Counted from the stretch's first letter, positions 19,270-29,090 are shown. The stretch is DNA of 64,000 nucleotides from Lysobacterales bacterium (GCA_038255665.1 JBBSLA010000002.1:9773-73772); one strand, 5' to 3'. Made by a program: numbers and translations. The notes: a model not told the origin generated them from the sequence alone.

Positions 19270-20186
19270 TTCAATGTGGCGGCTGCCTCGGCTCGCTCGG
19301 CATCGGAGATGGTTTGCAGTCCTTCGCGGCGCAAGCCGGGCTGGGCAGCGTCGGACAGCATGTAAGCCATGAACGCCAAGGTCAATGGACGCAACTGTCC
19401 GCGTGCATCGCGATTGGCGACCAGGTACAGCTCGCGACCGAGTGGATAGCGACCATTGCGCAGGCTCTCCGCATCCATCGCGACGCTTGCCCCACCCTGA
19501 TCGACAATCGCCAATGGACGAACCTGCGCACCGACCGAGCCGGCGGCCGCGTAGGCGATCGCTTCGCGATTTTCGGCGACGGCGTGGACGACCGCGCCAT
19601 TGCCGGGCCACTCGACGACATCGTCGCGATAGGCATCGCCGCATAACGCCGCCGCCTGGAAAAACGCGTGGGTGCCGGATGCGGCATTGCGGCCCATGGG
19701 AAGAATGCGGATATCGGCGGGCAAACCGGCGAGCTGCACGCCAAGCTCGCGCCAGCGCGTTAGTGGCTGACTTCCACAGCTCGGCGATTTCGCGAAAATG
19801 GCGTCGACCTGATGGAGGGATATTTGCTGCAACGGATTGTCGGGATGGACGAACACGGCGAGTCCGTCGCGGGCAATCGCGATTTGTCGTGGTGCGCTGC
19901 CGCTGCGACGCATGAGGCTCTCGCGTTCGGCATCGCCAAGGCCTCGGCTCATCGAACCGATGTCGACTGCACCATCGAGAAGTGCCGCGACGGCGCTGGC
20001 CGAACCCAGAGTCTGCAATTGCACGTGGACTTTCGGATGCGCGGACTGAAACGCCTCCGCCGCGTGTGTGACGGCACCGGCCAGGGTGTCAGATCCGGCG
20101 ATCGTCAAGGTTCCGGCCAGCTCCCCACCCGATAAATTTGATGCGTTCGTCGCCAATAACAGCGCGAGGGTGCCGAGCAAACGCAT
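19266..20186 (-). CDS. PstS-family (PBP-like 2) phosphate-binding protein, orphan
   Basis: Signal peptide, then TIAGSDTLAGAVTHAAEAFQSAHPKVHVQLQTLGSASAVAALLDGAVDIGSMSR...IARDGLAVFVHPDNP. The ATG overlaps the phoR stop (TGATG). Confidence 0.8.
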   Translation of the reverse strand: MRLLGTLALLLATNASNLSGGELAGTLTIAGSDTLAGAVTHAAEAFQSAHPKVHVQLQTLGSASAVAALLDGAVDIGSMSRGLGDAERESLMRRSGSAPRQIAIARDGLAVFVHPDNPLQQISLHQVDAIFAKSPSCGSQPLTRWRELGVQLAGLPADIRILPMGRNAASGTHAFFQAAALCGDAYRDDVVEWPGNGAVVHAVAENREAIAYAAAGSVGAQVRPLAIVDQGGASVAMDAESLRNGRYPLGRELYLVANRDARGQLRPLTLAFMAYMLSDAAQPGLRREGLQTISDAERAEAAATLK

Positions 20187-21505
20187 CAGGCGTCCTCGCC
20201 GCCCACGCTCGGCAGCAGCAACCGAGCGGGATCGAAGACGCAAGCGAAGCGGCTTCCGGTTCCCATTTCGCTGACGATCTGCAGGTTCGCGTCATGCAAT
20301 TGCAGCACGTGCTTGACGATTGACAGCCCAAGCCCGGTACCGCCGGTTTCGCGCGACCGACTGGTCGAGACGCGGTAGAAGCGTTCGGTCAGGCGCGGCA
20401 GGTGATGCGCCGGAATGCCGGGTCCGCTGTCGATCACTTCCAACCGTCCGCCGTCGGAATCGACGCTCCAGCGAATGACGATTTCGCCGCCGTCGGGCGT
20501 GTAACGCACCGCGTTGCTGACCAGATTGGAAAACGCGCTGTGCAGGTCCTTGACCGATCCGCTCAGGTCGAGCTCGCTGTCGCGCCGCACCTTGATACGG
20601 TGTCGGCCCTGACTGAGCGCCTCGGCTTCGCGACGCAAGGTTTCGAGCATCGGCACCAGCGCGACCCGCTCGGGATTGCTGGCGGCATCGCTGGCATCCA
20701 GGCGCGAAAGGGTCAACAGGTCCTCGACGATTTCGGTCATGCGCCGCGACTGGCTGCGCAACTCGCGCAGTATCGGCGCGTAGTCCGGCACGTCTTCGGG
20801 GTCGATCATGTCGAGGTAACCGTGGACGACCGTCAGCGGCGTGCGCAATTCGTGCGAGACGTTGGCGACGAAATCGCGGCGGACCTGCTCCAGCCGCTGC
20901 AACTGGCTGATGTCGCGGGCGACGACCAGACGCTGTCCGCGCTGGTCATGAATCTGCCGCATCGACAAGCGGACCTCGTCATCGCACGGCGCCGCCACGT
21001 CGTTGAGCGGCTCGCCTGTGTCAGAGGCCAGCCACTCAAGCATGCGCGGCGAACGCAATAGGTCGGTCAAGCGCGATCCGATGTCGCGGCGACGATCCAG
21101 TTGCAGAAGCGCCTGCGCAGCGGCATTGAACCAGGTGATGCGGCGATCACCGTCAAGTGCGACGACCGCATCGGGCAGTGCCGTCGCCGCATTGCGATAG
21201 GCCTGCAAGGTTGTCAGCAAGCGGCGGCGCTGGCGGCGCGCACGCGACTGGCGCCGCTGGATCGAGTCGCCGATGGCGCGCCACGCCGCGAGATGCGAAT
21301 GCCGTCCCGATCCCGCCGTCGCGGAAAGGTGATCGCCAAATTGCCACAACGCGAAAAGATGCAAGGCCAGGAAGGTCGAAACGACAAGCAACAACGCCTC
21401 GGTCAGCCAACCGCTGAAAAATCCCACCAAGCTTGCCAGCAGCAGCGCAATCGCGATGCCGATCAGGCTGCGTCGAAAGCCTCGTATGAAGCGCTCACTG
21501 CGCAC
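20186..21505 (-). CDS. phoR: Phosphate regulon sensor histidine kinase
   Basis: Two adjacent N-terminal TMs, a PAS domain, the H-box FVANVSHELRTPLT and an ATPase domain. GTG start 18 nt after the phoB stop. Confidence 0.9.
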   Translation of the reverse strand: MRSERFIRGFRRSLIGIAIALLLASLVGFFSGWLTEALLLVVSTFLALHLFALWQFGDHLSATAGSGRHSHLAAWRAIGDSIQRRQSRARRQRRRLLTTLQAYRNAATALPDAVVALDGDRRITWFNAAAQALLQLDRRRDIGSRLTDLLRSPRMLEWLASDTGEPLNDVAAPCDDEVRLSMRQIHDQRGQRLVVARDISQLQRLEQVRRDFVANVSHELRTPLTVVHGYLDMIDPEDVPDYAPILRELRSQSRRMTEIVEDLLTLSRLDASDAASNPERVALVPMLETLRREAEALSQGRHRIKVRRDSELDLSGSVKDLHSAFSNLVSNAVRYTPDGGEIVIRWSVDSDGGRLEVIDSGPGIPAHHLPRLTERFYRVSTSRSRETGGTGLGLSIVKHVLQLHDANLQIVSEMGTGSRFACVFDPARLLLPSVGGEDA

Positions 21506-21523
21506 CGGCGAGCTGTCCGTCGG

Positions 21524-22213
21524 TCACAGGTTTACCGAGAAACGATAACCGGCGCCGCGAACGGTCTGCACCAGCCCATCCTGACCGCTCGGTTCCAAAG
21601 TCTTGCGCAGGCGTCGGATGTGCACGTCGACCGTGCGTTCCTCGACGTAGACGCCGCCGCCCCAGACATGGTCGAGCAATTGGCTGCGCGTGTAGACGCG
21701 CTCGGCGTGGGTCATGAAGAAATGCAGCAGGCGATACTCGGTCGGCCCGATGGCCAGCGGTTGGCCGCATGCGAACACGCGATGCGCGGCGCTGTCGATT
21801 TTCAACTCACCGACTTCGATGACGCCTTCGACGTCTTCGCCATGTGTCCGTCGCATGACAGCTCGAATCCGCGCGATCAGTTCACGCGTCGAGAACGGCT
21901 TGACCACGTAGTCGTCGATGCCGGTATCCAGACCGTTGACGCGGTCCGATTCCTCACCGCGCGCGGTCAGCATGATGATCGGGACTTCGCGCGTGGTGTC
22001 GTCGCGGCGAAGGCGACGCGCCAGCTCCAGGCCGCTGATGCCGGGCAACATCCAGTCCAGCAGGATCAGGTCGGGTACAGTTTCGCCAATGGCAATTTGG
22101 GCGGCGCGGGCATCGGCGGCGTGGATAGGCTCCATCCCGGCCTTGCGCAATGCAAACGCAACCATGTCGCGGATGGCGGTTTCGTCTTCGACAATCAGGA
22201 TGCGTTTTTGCAC
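21524..22213 (-). CDS. phoB: Phosphate regulon response regulator
   Basis: OmpR-family receiver plus winged helix (ILIVEDE...DWMLPG...RGAGYRF). GTG start. Confidence 0.9.
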   Translation of the reverse strand: MQKRILIVEDETAIRDMVAFALRKAGMEPIHAADARAAQIAIGETVPDLILLDWMLPGISGLELARRLRRDDTTREVPIIMLTARGEESDRVNGLDTGIDDYVVKPFSTRELIARIRAVMRRTHGEDVEGVIEVGELKIDSAAHRVFACGQPLAIGPTEYRLLHFFMTHAERVYTRSQLLDHVWGGGVYVEERTVDVHIRRLRKTLEPSGQDGLVQTVRGAGYRFSVNL

Positions 22214-22259
22214 GGGTTGGCTGCCGACCTGCGCCCGGGAGGGGCGCTACATGACGCTG

Positions 22260-23954
22260 TCATTGCAGCGATCCAATGTTACGTCGGGATGACACGGTCG
22301 CACAAAGCGCGCCGATGCAGGCGTCATCTTCGCGCAACTTGTCGGGTTTGCCTTGATCGGCGGCTTTTTCGCCGCGCCGTCTCAATTCCAATACCTGCGG
22401 AGTCATCTGTGCGATACGGGCATCGACACGGGCACGCTGGTAGTAGTCCAGTTCGGACTTCTCGGCCAGCGTCTTGAGTTGCCCCAGCGCGTCCTCGGCA
22501 CGCCCGTTGAGCCAGGCGACATCGGCGTAGGCTTCGGCGGCGCGCACCTTGTCGCCAGATAGCTCACACGCCCTGGCAAAGCTGCGTTGCAGGTCCGGGT
22601 CGCTGGGGTATTTTTCCAGCAGCGGCCGCAGCAGGGATTGGGCACGCTGGGCCGGAGCGATTTCAGAACGAGCGATCAGCGCGTCGGCCAGGGCCAGCGC
22701 GTAGGCACGATTGCCGGGGTAATTCTGCTGCAAGGTTTCGAAGCGCTTTTCGGCGGCGATGCGCTCACCGTGACGTTCCATGGCCTGGGCCAAGGCCAGC
22801 TGGAACAAAGGTTGACGTGGGTCGGACTCCACCAATCGTGTCAATTCTTCTTTTGCCTTGTCGGCGCGATCGGCACGGATCAGCGCCAGCGCATAGCCAT
22901 AGCGCGTGGCCGGCGTATCGAATGTCGTGCTGTCCTTGAAGTTCTTGCTGTAGTAACCGGCCATCGTCGACGCCGAACTCGCTGCAAGCACGCGACTACG
23001 TTCGCGCATCAACTGATAGTAAGACTCGGACGCCCCCTTGCGATCGTCGCTGGCCGCGGCCAGAGCGAGCGTCTTCCATGGACCGAGCAGGCCGCCGACG
23101 GCCGGCGTCGCGATTGAAACGGTCGAGAAACTGTCGCGTCGATCACGCGCCGAACTGTCCAGCGCATCAGCACGCGATTTCGCGTCGGCAATGCGATTGA
23201 CATCGACCGGGTGGGTGCGCAGGAACTCTGGCACATCGACACCGTTGACGCGCATCACGCGGCCCAGCGCGGTGAACGCATCACCCATCGCGTGCGGGTC
23301 GAAACCGGCCTTGGCCAGGGTCTGGATACCGATGCGATCGGCTTCGATCTCATCGCTGCGGGTGAAATTGATCTGCTTCTGCTGGATCAGCGCGGTGCCG
23401 CTGATCAGCGCCGCCTGCGCGGCATCGTCGCTGCGACCGGAAGTCGCGATCATCGCGCCCAGCATGGCCAGGGCGATCGGTAGCGATGCCTTCTTCATGT
23501 CTTCGTACGCCCGCAACAAATGCTGCTGGCTGATGTGGGCGATCTCGTGGCCGATCACAGCAGCCAATTCGTCTTCGCGCTGCATCACGTTGATCAACCC
23601 GGCGTTGACGCCGATGTACCCACCCGGAACCGCAAACGCGTTGATCTCGTTGTCGCGCATGATGAAGAACGTAAAGTTGAGATCCGGGCGGTCGCCGGCC
23701 GCCGCCAGGCGGTGCCCGATTCCATACAGGTAGTCGTTCAACAGTGGATCATCGAGGACCAACCCGTACGATCTCAGTTCGTTGAGGACGCTGGCGCCGT
23801 AGCGGTCCTGTTCACTCTGGCTCATCACCGCCGCTGCGGAACTGCCGATGTCCGGCAGTCGAACGTTGCCCTCGCGCGCGGCCGCCAGGTTCACGCTGGC
23901 GGCGATCAGGACGGTGGTGAGGACAGGCTTGAAGATCAGCATTGCGGTCGTCAT
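22260..23954 (-). CDS. bepA: M48 metalloprotease with TPR repeats, BepA-like
   Basis: LPDIGSSAAAV..., the zinc motif HEIAHISQQH, and a C-terminal TPR-rich half. Confidence 0.8.
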   Translation of the reverse strand: MTTAMLIFKPVLTTVLIAASVNLAAAREGNVRLPDIGSSAAAVMSQSEQDRYGASVLNELRSYGLVLDDPLLNDYLYGIGHRLAAAGDRPDLNFTFFIMRDNEINAFAVPGGYIGVNAGLINVMQREDELAAVIGHEIAHISQQHLLRAYEDMKKASLPIALAMLGAMIATSGRSDDAAQAALISGTALIQQKQINFTRSDEIEADRIGIQTLAKAGFDPHAMGDAFTALGRVMRVNGVDVPEFLRTHPVDVNRIADAKSRADALDSSARDRRDSFSTVSIATPAVGGLLGPWKTLALAAASDDRKGASESYYQLMRERSRVLAASSASTMAGYYSKNFKDSTTFDTPATRYGYALALIRADRADKAKEELTRLVESDPRQPLFQLALAQAMERHGERIAAEKRFETLQQNYPGNRAYALALADALIARSEIAPAQRAQSLLRPLLEKYPSDPDLQRSFARACELSGDKVRAAEAYADVAWLNGRAEDALGQLKTLAEKSELDYYQRARVDARIAQMTPQVLELRRRGEKAADQGKPDKLREDDACIGALCATVSSRRNIGSLQ

Positions 23955-24126
23955 CTATCGGTATTGGCAAAGGCGTTCGCAAACGGAGTGCTGGCTTGCG
24001 CGGTTTGGTAAGCGATTCAGACCAGACTATCCCACGCAGGTTCCTCAGTTGTGAGGAATTCGCTGACCCTTGCCGCGCCAACCACGGTCGCCCACTTCAC
24101 TAACGCAATCCGCAGGAATTCCGCCC

Positions 24127-24417
24127 ATGACTACCGCAAACACCCCGTCGACCAAGGTCGAGATGTACACGACGGCCATCTGCCCTTACTGCGTCGCCGC
24201 GAAGAACCTGCTGCGCAGCAGGGGGTTGGAATACACCGAGCAGCGCGTCGATAGCGACCCTGACCAGCGCGCGGCAATGATGCAACGCAGCGGCGGTCGC
24301 CGCTCGGTGCCGCAGATTTTCATCAACGATGTCCACATCGGCGGTTTTGACGACTTGGTTGCTGCAGACCGCGACGGCCGACTGGCCGACCTCATCGGCT
24401 CCGATTCTAAAGGCTAA
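24127..24417 (+). CDS. grxC: Glutaredoxin 3
   Basis: VEMYTTAICPYCVAAKNLL...SVPQIFINDVHIGGFDDL. Confidence 0.85.
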   Translation: MTTANTPSTKVEMYTTAICPYCVAAKNLLRSRGLEYTEQRVDSDPDQRAAMMQRSGGRRSVPQIFINDVHIGGFDDLVAADRDGRLADLIGSDSKG

Positions 24418-25538
24418 GGCGCAATTCGCAGTAGCTGGGCACTACGACCATCGTGGGACGTTCCGCTGAGGCGATCAATGCCGACCTGCCCGAAACTGGC
24501 CAGCACGTGTCCGCCTTGGACCATGCTGCAGCCATCGATTTCCGCGCTGGATCCGTTGCCACGGTAGCGGCACTCCATGGTCGCGGCGCCGATATCGTCG
24601 CTGCCGATGATCAGTCGAAAGCTTTCGCCGTCGTCGCTGGCCAGGCGGGTCAGGTCGATGACATGACTGGTCCGGCCCATCACGAATACCCACGATCCGA
24701 GCCAACTGCTGCCGGTTGCGCGGCCATCGAAAATCGCCCGGCGCAACAACAAGGGCTGCAACCTCAACGGAGCGTCGGCTTCGGCATTGGTCGGGCCGAG
24801 CAACCAGCCACGCGCGGCGGTCGGGCCGACGAACTCCAGGGCCAGAAGGGGGCCGGCCCGGATGCCGGCCTGACGGCCATTCAACGCATCGCTGCCACCG
24901 CCATTGAGTAGCTGGATCAACGGTACCTGGGCGGTGCGTCCAACCCGCTGGGCGCTGCCAAAATACCACGTCGGCGTGCCGTCGGCGGCGAACGCGAGCA
25001 GGCTGACGGCCAGCTGTTCGCCCTGCACTTCCAGGCCAATGCCTCCGCCCGCGAGTGGCGCCGCGCTGTCGCCCTGGCGCGAGCGCGACCACCAGAAGCC
25101 GCTTTCAGGCTGCACTGCCGACGCGCCAAGATCGAGCAATCGAAATCCGATCAATTCGGCCGCGCCGTCGCCACGACTCAGGGTGAGTCTTACCCGATAG
25201 ATCCGCGATTCCGGCACGTTGCCGGCAAAGGCGGTGCGCGTCTCGACCGGCACGTAGAAGGGAGTCGACTGCTCCACGCAATCGTGCTCGGGAGCCTGCA
25301 ACTGCAAGGTCAACTCTGCGCCATCGCGACTGGCGCGCAGGAATCGTGGCACGCAGCTGTCGGGCCAGCGGCCAGCCAATACCAGGACTTGCGGGCGGTC
25401 CCCGGCCGCCTCGCGTACATGCAGCGTCATCGCGCCCTGCCCGCGAGCGTTGGCAGGGATGGCGATCGTCACGATTCCAATGCACGACAAAGCGCACAAA
25501 CAGCGACCGATCCACCGATTTGAATGCCATTCGCGCAT
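24414..25538 (-). CDS. Hypothetical secreted protein
   Basis: Signal peptide ...AIPANA/RGQ followed by a beta-rich Gly/Trp-containing body. No family recognised. Confidence 0.5.
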   Translation of the reverse strand: MREWHSNRWIGRCLCALSCIGIVTIAIPANARGQGAMTLHVREAAGDRPQVLVLAGRWPDSCVPRFLRASRDGAELTLQLQAPEHDCVEQSTPFYVPVETRTAFAGNVPESRIYRVRLTLSRGDGAAELIGFRLLDLGASAVQPESGFWWSRSRQGDSAAPLAGGGIGLEVQGEQLAVSLLAFAADGTPTWYFGSAQRVGRTAQVPLIQLLNGGGSDALNGRQAGIRAGPLLALEFVGPTAARGWLLGPTNAEADAPLRLQPLLLRRAIFDGRATGSSWLGSWVFVMGRTSHVIDLTRLASDDGESFRLIIGSDDIGAATMECRYRGNGSSAEIDGCSMVQGGHVLASFGQVGIDRLSGTSHDGRSAQLLRIAP

Positions 25539-25646
25539 TGGCCGATAATGCGCGTTCGCTTTCGTGTCCTGCAACCCTGCATTCCTGCGATTGCCTCGAA
25601 CCATTCGACGGCGTCGCTGCAATCGCCGCACTCCAAGGAACTTCGC

Positions 25647-26660
25647 TTGAACAACCCAACTATCGCGGTGATCCGCGGCGACGGCATCGGTCCGGAAATC
25701 ATGGACGCGACGCTGCATGTGCTCGACGCCTGCAAGGCCGGCCTGGACTACGATTTCGTTGAAGCAGGCGTTGTGGCCTACGAAAAGGTCGGCGAACTGC
25801 TACCGCAGCCGACCCTGGACGCGATCGCCAAGCACAAGGTTGCGCTGAAGAGCCCGTTGACCACGCCGGTCGGCGGCGGTTTCAGTTCGATCAACGTCGC
25901 ACTGCGCCGGCACTTCGATTTGTACGCCAATGTGCGACCGGCGATAACCTTTCCAGGCACCAAGTCGCGCTACGAAGACATCGACTTGATCACCGTGCGC
26001 GAGAACACTGAAGGTGCCTACACCGCCGAAGGCCAGACGCTATCGGAGGACGGCGAACACGCCCAATCGCAAATCCTCACTTCGCGGTCGGGCAGCGAAC
26101 GCATCGTGCGTTACGCGTTCGAACTGGCACGTCGCGAGCGCCGCAGGAAAATTACCCTGGTCCACAAGGCCAACATCATGAAGACCACCTCGGGCCTGTT
26201 CCTGAAGGTCGGTCGAGAGGTGGCGAAGGAATATCCGGACATCACGTGCAACGACATGATCGTCGACAACACCTGCATGCAGTTGGTGATGAATCCGCAG
26301 CAGTTCGACATGATCGTCACCACCAATCTGTTCGGCGACATCATTTCCGACCTGTGCGCGGGCCTGGTCGGTGGCCTTGGACTGGCACCAGGCGCGAACA
26401 TCGGCAGCAATGCGGCGATCTTCGAGGCGGTGCATGGCTCGGCGCCGGACATTGCCGGCAAGGGAATTGCCAACCCGTGCGCGCTGTTGCTCGGAGCGGC
26501 GCAGATGCTCGCGCATCTGGATAAGGTCGACCTCGCCGACCGCTTGCGGCTGGCGATTCGCGAAACCATCCAGGCCGGGGACCGGGTTACGCCGGATCTC
26601 GGTGGCAGCGGCAACACGCAAGGCTTCGCTGACGCGATCGCCGAGCGCATGCAGGCGTGA
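25647..26660 (+). CDS. Isocitrate/isopropylmalate dehydrogenase family enzyme, probably isocitrate dehydrogenase
   Basis: IAVIRGDGIGPEIMDA...SINVALRRHFDLYANVRP...VRENTEGAYT...NLFGDIISDL. TTG start at 25647 has AAGGA 7 nt upstream. Confidence 0.8.
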   Translation: MNNPTIAVIRGDGIGPEIMDATLHVLDACKAGLDYDFVEAGVVAYEKVGELLPQPTLDAIAKHKVALKSPLTTPVGGGFSSINVALRRHFDLYANVRPAITFPGTKSRYEDIDLITVRENTEGAYTAEGQTLSEDGEHAQSQILTSRSGSERIVRYAFELARRERRRKITLVHKANIMKTTSGLFLKVGREVAKEYPDITCNDMIVDNTCMQLVMNPQQFDMIVTTNLFGDIISDLCAGLVGGLGLAPGANIGSNAAIFEAVHGSAPDIAGKGIANPCALLLGAAQMLAHLDKVDLADRLRLAIRETIQAGDRVTPDLGGSGNTQGFADAIAERMQA

Positions 26661-26675
26661 ATCAAATCGTCTTCG

Positions 26676-27506
26676 TCAGGACAACGGCGGCGCAGCCCGC
26701 CGATGGCCAAGCACGCTGACGCTGCCCTTTCCAGGTCGGTAACTCGCCGCCAACGCACGCTGCACGTACGCAATGGCAATGCCGACCGAGTCGGTCAGTG
26801 CCACGCCTTTCCCAAGATTCGCGGCAATCGCGGCTGACAGCGTGCAACCGGTGCCGTGGCCTTCGACGGCCACGCGCGGATGTTCGAACCAGGTTTCGAG
26901 ACCGTCCACCAACAACAAATCCCGTACGCACGCGCCCTCGACATGCGCGCCTTTGAGCAGCACCGCTCGCGCGCCTGCGTTCACGAGTGCGCGAGCGGCG
27001 GCGCTGAAATCGTCGCTTGTCTTGATCGAGGCTCCGAGCAGTTGGGCGGCCTCGGGAACATTCGGTGTGATCAACGCTGCCCGCGGGAAAAGATGACGCC
27101 GTATTGCCGTCGCCGCCCCATCGGTTCCAAGACTGGCTCCCGTAGTAGCGACCAGCACGGGATCGAGCACCACCGGGAAATCGCCGGACTCGTGCAAGGA
27201 CTGCGCGACCAGTCGCACCGTGGCTGGGCTGCCAAGCATGCCGATCTTGGCGGCTCGTACCGAAAAGTCGCCAACGACTGCGGCGAACTGGGCGCGCAAC
27301 AGCGACGCCGGCAGGTTCAGCACGGCGCTGACCGATTGGGTGTTCTGGGCCGTCACAGCGGTCAACACGGAAACGCCATGCACGCCGAACGCGGCGAACG
27401 TATGCAGATCGGCCTGGATACCCGCACCGCCGCCGGAATCGGAGCCGGCGATGGTCATTGCGACAACGGGCGTGTCTCCGCCGGTTGAGCGGTGCGGATC
27501 AGTCAT
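26676..27506 (-). CDS. thiD: Hydroxymethylpyrimidine/phosphomethylpyrimidine kinase
   Basis: [43 protein letters not shown]...[12 protein letters not shown]. Confidence 0.9.
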   Translation of the reverse strand: MTDPHRSTGGDTPVVAMTIAGSDSGGGAGIQADLHTFAAFGVHGVSVLTAVTAQNTQSVSAVLNLPASLLRAQFAAVVGDFSVRAAKIGMLGSPATVRLVAQSLHESGDFPVVLDPVLVATTGASLGTDGAATAIRRHLFPRAALITPNVPEAAQLLGASIKTSDDFSAAARALVNAGARAVLLKGAHVEGACVRDLLLVDGLETWFEHPRVAVEGHGTGCTLSAAIAANLGKGVALTDSVGIAIAYVQRALAASYRPGKGSVSVLGHRRAAPPLS

Positions 27507-27594
27507 TGTTGTATTTTCCCAACACGGGAGCCACCTCACTTCGAGTCGGCGAGTATCGAAACCTAGCATGCCTACGCCATCACAAAGCTCCCTT

Positions 27595-27697
27595 TTCGTC
27601 ATTCCCTCGAAGGCGCGTAATTCATTTCAGTCGTCGGCAACTCGCTGAATCCAAAGCAGAATCAAAATTGGCCCCTCCCTGCGCAGGGGTGACGACG
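27595..27697. repeat. Second, shorter copy of the hairpin-armed MITE-like repeat family
   Basis: The arms ttcgtcattccctcgaaggcgcgtaattcatttcag and atcaaaattggcccctccctgcgcaggggtgacgacg resemble the arms of the 13795-13996 element. Confidence 0.5.
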
Positions 27698-27739
27698 TAT
27701 TTTTTTCGTCGACTCACCGAAAACGACAGTGTTGCGCCC

Positions 27740-27768
27740 TTGACACGTTGTTGTATTTTCACCAATAT
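27740..27768 (+). promoter_or_regulatory. Sigma70-like promoter for the outer-membrane protein gene
   Basis: TTGACA, 17 nt, CAATAT, located 54 nt upstream of the ATG at 27822. Confidence 0.35.
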
Positions 27769-27821
27769 CCGCCTGGCAGCAACCACCACGACACGACTCA
27801 CCTAACCGCAGCAACAGGGCA

Positions 27822-29036
27822 ATGCAGCGGAATATCGCATCCACAGGCAGATTGGCGGGAGCGCTCAGCATCGCGCTGGCGCTCCCGTTCTGTATTCCAT
27901 CGCCGACCAGCGCCGCGAGCGCGGCTCCGGGCGGCCATGCGCGCGCAGGTGATGTTGATCAGGCCGTCGAGGCCGCCAACCCGGAATTCAATCGCTGGCG
28001 CGATTACGCGCTGGCCAGCATCACGCCTCGTTTCTCCTGGGTGTCGATGCCCAGCATGGACGACGTCACCCCACGGATTACCGATGCGTTCAACAGCGCT
28101 CGACCCAGCGTATTCAGCACGTCGCTGTCGATTGGCGATAGCGGTGTCGCGCGACTCGGCCTGTCGATCGCGAACGGCGCAGTGTCTGATACGCCTAATC
28201 GCAGCGCGTCGAGCGTGCAGCATCTGGTCGAGACGCCACAGATCGGATTGCAGCGTAGCGTAGCGACGCCTTCGATCACGTGGGCATTGGGTGAGGGCAG
28301 CCTCATTGGCGTTTCCGCTGTGCTCGCTTACCAGCGCTTTGCCAGCCTCGGCATGGGCCTGGCGGACTTCAATGTTTCCGAGCGCCCAACCAGTTGGGCA
28401 TCGCGCGATACCTCGTTCGGAACCGGCGTGCGCCTGGATGCGTTCCAGCAAATCACGCCTCGCCTCGCGATCACGGCCGGCTATCAGTCTCGCGTGGACA
28501 TGGATGCGTTCAACAGTTACCGCGGCGTTTACGCCGATGCTGGCGATTTCGATATCCCGACCCAATCGAGCTTTGGCGTCAGCTATGCGCTGACGCCGTC
28601 GTTCTCGGCCGACATTGGTGTCGATCGCCTGAACTACAGCGAGATCAAGCCGTTCACCAGCAACGGCCTGCCGCTGCGATTCCTCGCTTTGCTCGGCGAT
28701 GGACTGAGCCCGAACTTCGCGTGGCAGGACCTGACCGTCTACAGCGCTGGTTGGTCGTGGCGCAACAGCGTCCTCGGCGAATTGCGTTTCCGCTACACCA
28801 CGCGCCAGCAACCGTTGCCGACGTCGGCGCTGCTTACCCAAGCGTTGCAGGAGGATATCTCCCGCTATTCGGTTTCGATGGGCTGGTCGCGTCCAACGGG
28901 TCGCCAATCCCGCGTCGCCCTACTGGCCAACTACGCGTCGGCTCCGTACCTGGTCGGCGCGCCGAGTTACAACTCGCAGATCGGTCAGACGGCCAACCGC
29001 CTGGAATTTCAGGCGTTGTGGTCTATTGCGTTTTAA
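27822..29036 (+). CDS. Outer-membrane beta-barrel protein, possibly FadL/OmpP1-type transporter
   Basis: Signal peptide, alternating beta-strand pattern, a W-D-L-T-V-Y-S-A-G-W-S-W motif and a terminal ...LWSIAF. Confidence 0.6.
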   Translation: MQRNIASTGRLAGALSIALALPFCIPSPTSAASAAPGGHARAGDVDQAVEAANPEFNRWRDYALASITPRFSWVSMPSMDDVTPRITDAFNSARPSVFSTSLSIGDSGVARLGLSIANGAVSDTPNRSASSVQHLVETPQIGLQRSVATPSITWALGEGSLIGVSAVLAYQRFASLGMGLADFNVSERPTSWASRDTSFGTGVRLDAFQQITPRLAITAGYQSRVDMDAFNSYRGVYADAGDFDIPTQSSFGVSYALTPSFSADIGVDRLNYSEIKPFTSNGLPLRFLALLGDGLSPNFAWQDLTVYSAGWSWRNSVLGELRFRYTTRQQPLPTSALLTQALQEDISRYSVSMGWSRPTGRQSRVALLANYASAPYLVGAPSYNSQIGQTANRLEFQALWSIAF

Positions 29037-29045
29037 GACCGCTTC

Positions 29046-29064
29046 CTGCCGCCATGGGCGGCAG
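29046..29064. terminator. Hairpin between convergent genes
   Basis: ctgccgcc-atg-ggcggcag followed by TTT. Confidence 0.4.
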
Positions 29065-29090
29065 TTTCCATCCGGTTTCCACCACGCGGT

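Noticed and set aside
22214-22300. Pho box for phoB autoregulation. On the minus strand the candidate is GTGTCAT-cccg-ACGTAAC at 22275-22295, and an ATGAC-gct-GTCAT palindrome lies at 22251-22263.
   Set aside because: Only one half-site approaches CTGTCAT, and the second repeat matches at about 3 of 7 positions. The palindrome is not the direct-repeat architecture PhoB uses. A real Pho box may still be present, but I cannot support one by eye.
27507-27600. Possible TPP (THI-box) riboswitch upstream of thiD, and likewise in the short spacer before thiE at 13002-13073.
   Set aside because: Read on the correct strand, neither spacer contains the conserved CUGAGA ... ACCUGAUCUGGAUAAUGCCAGCG core. 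The thiD leader shows only a generic GGGAGC/GCTCCC stem. cmsearch would be decisive.
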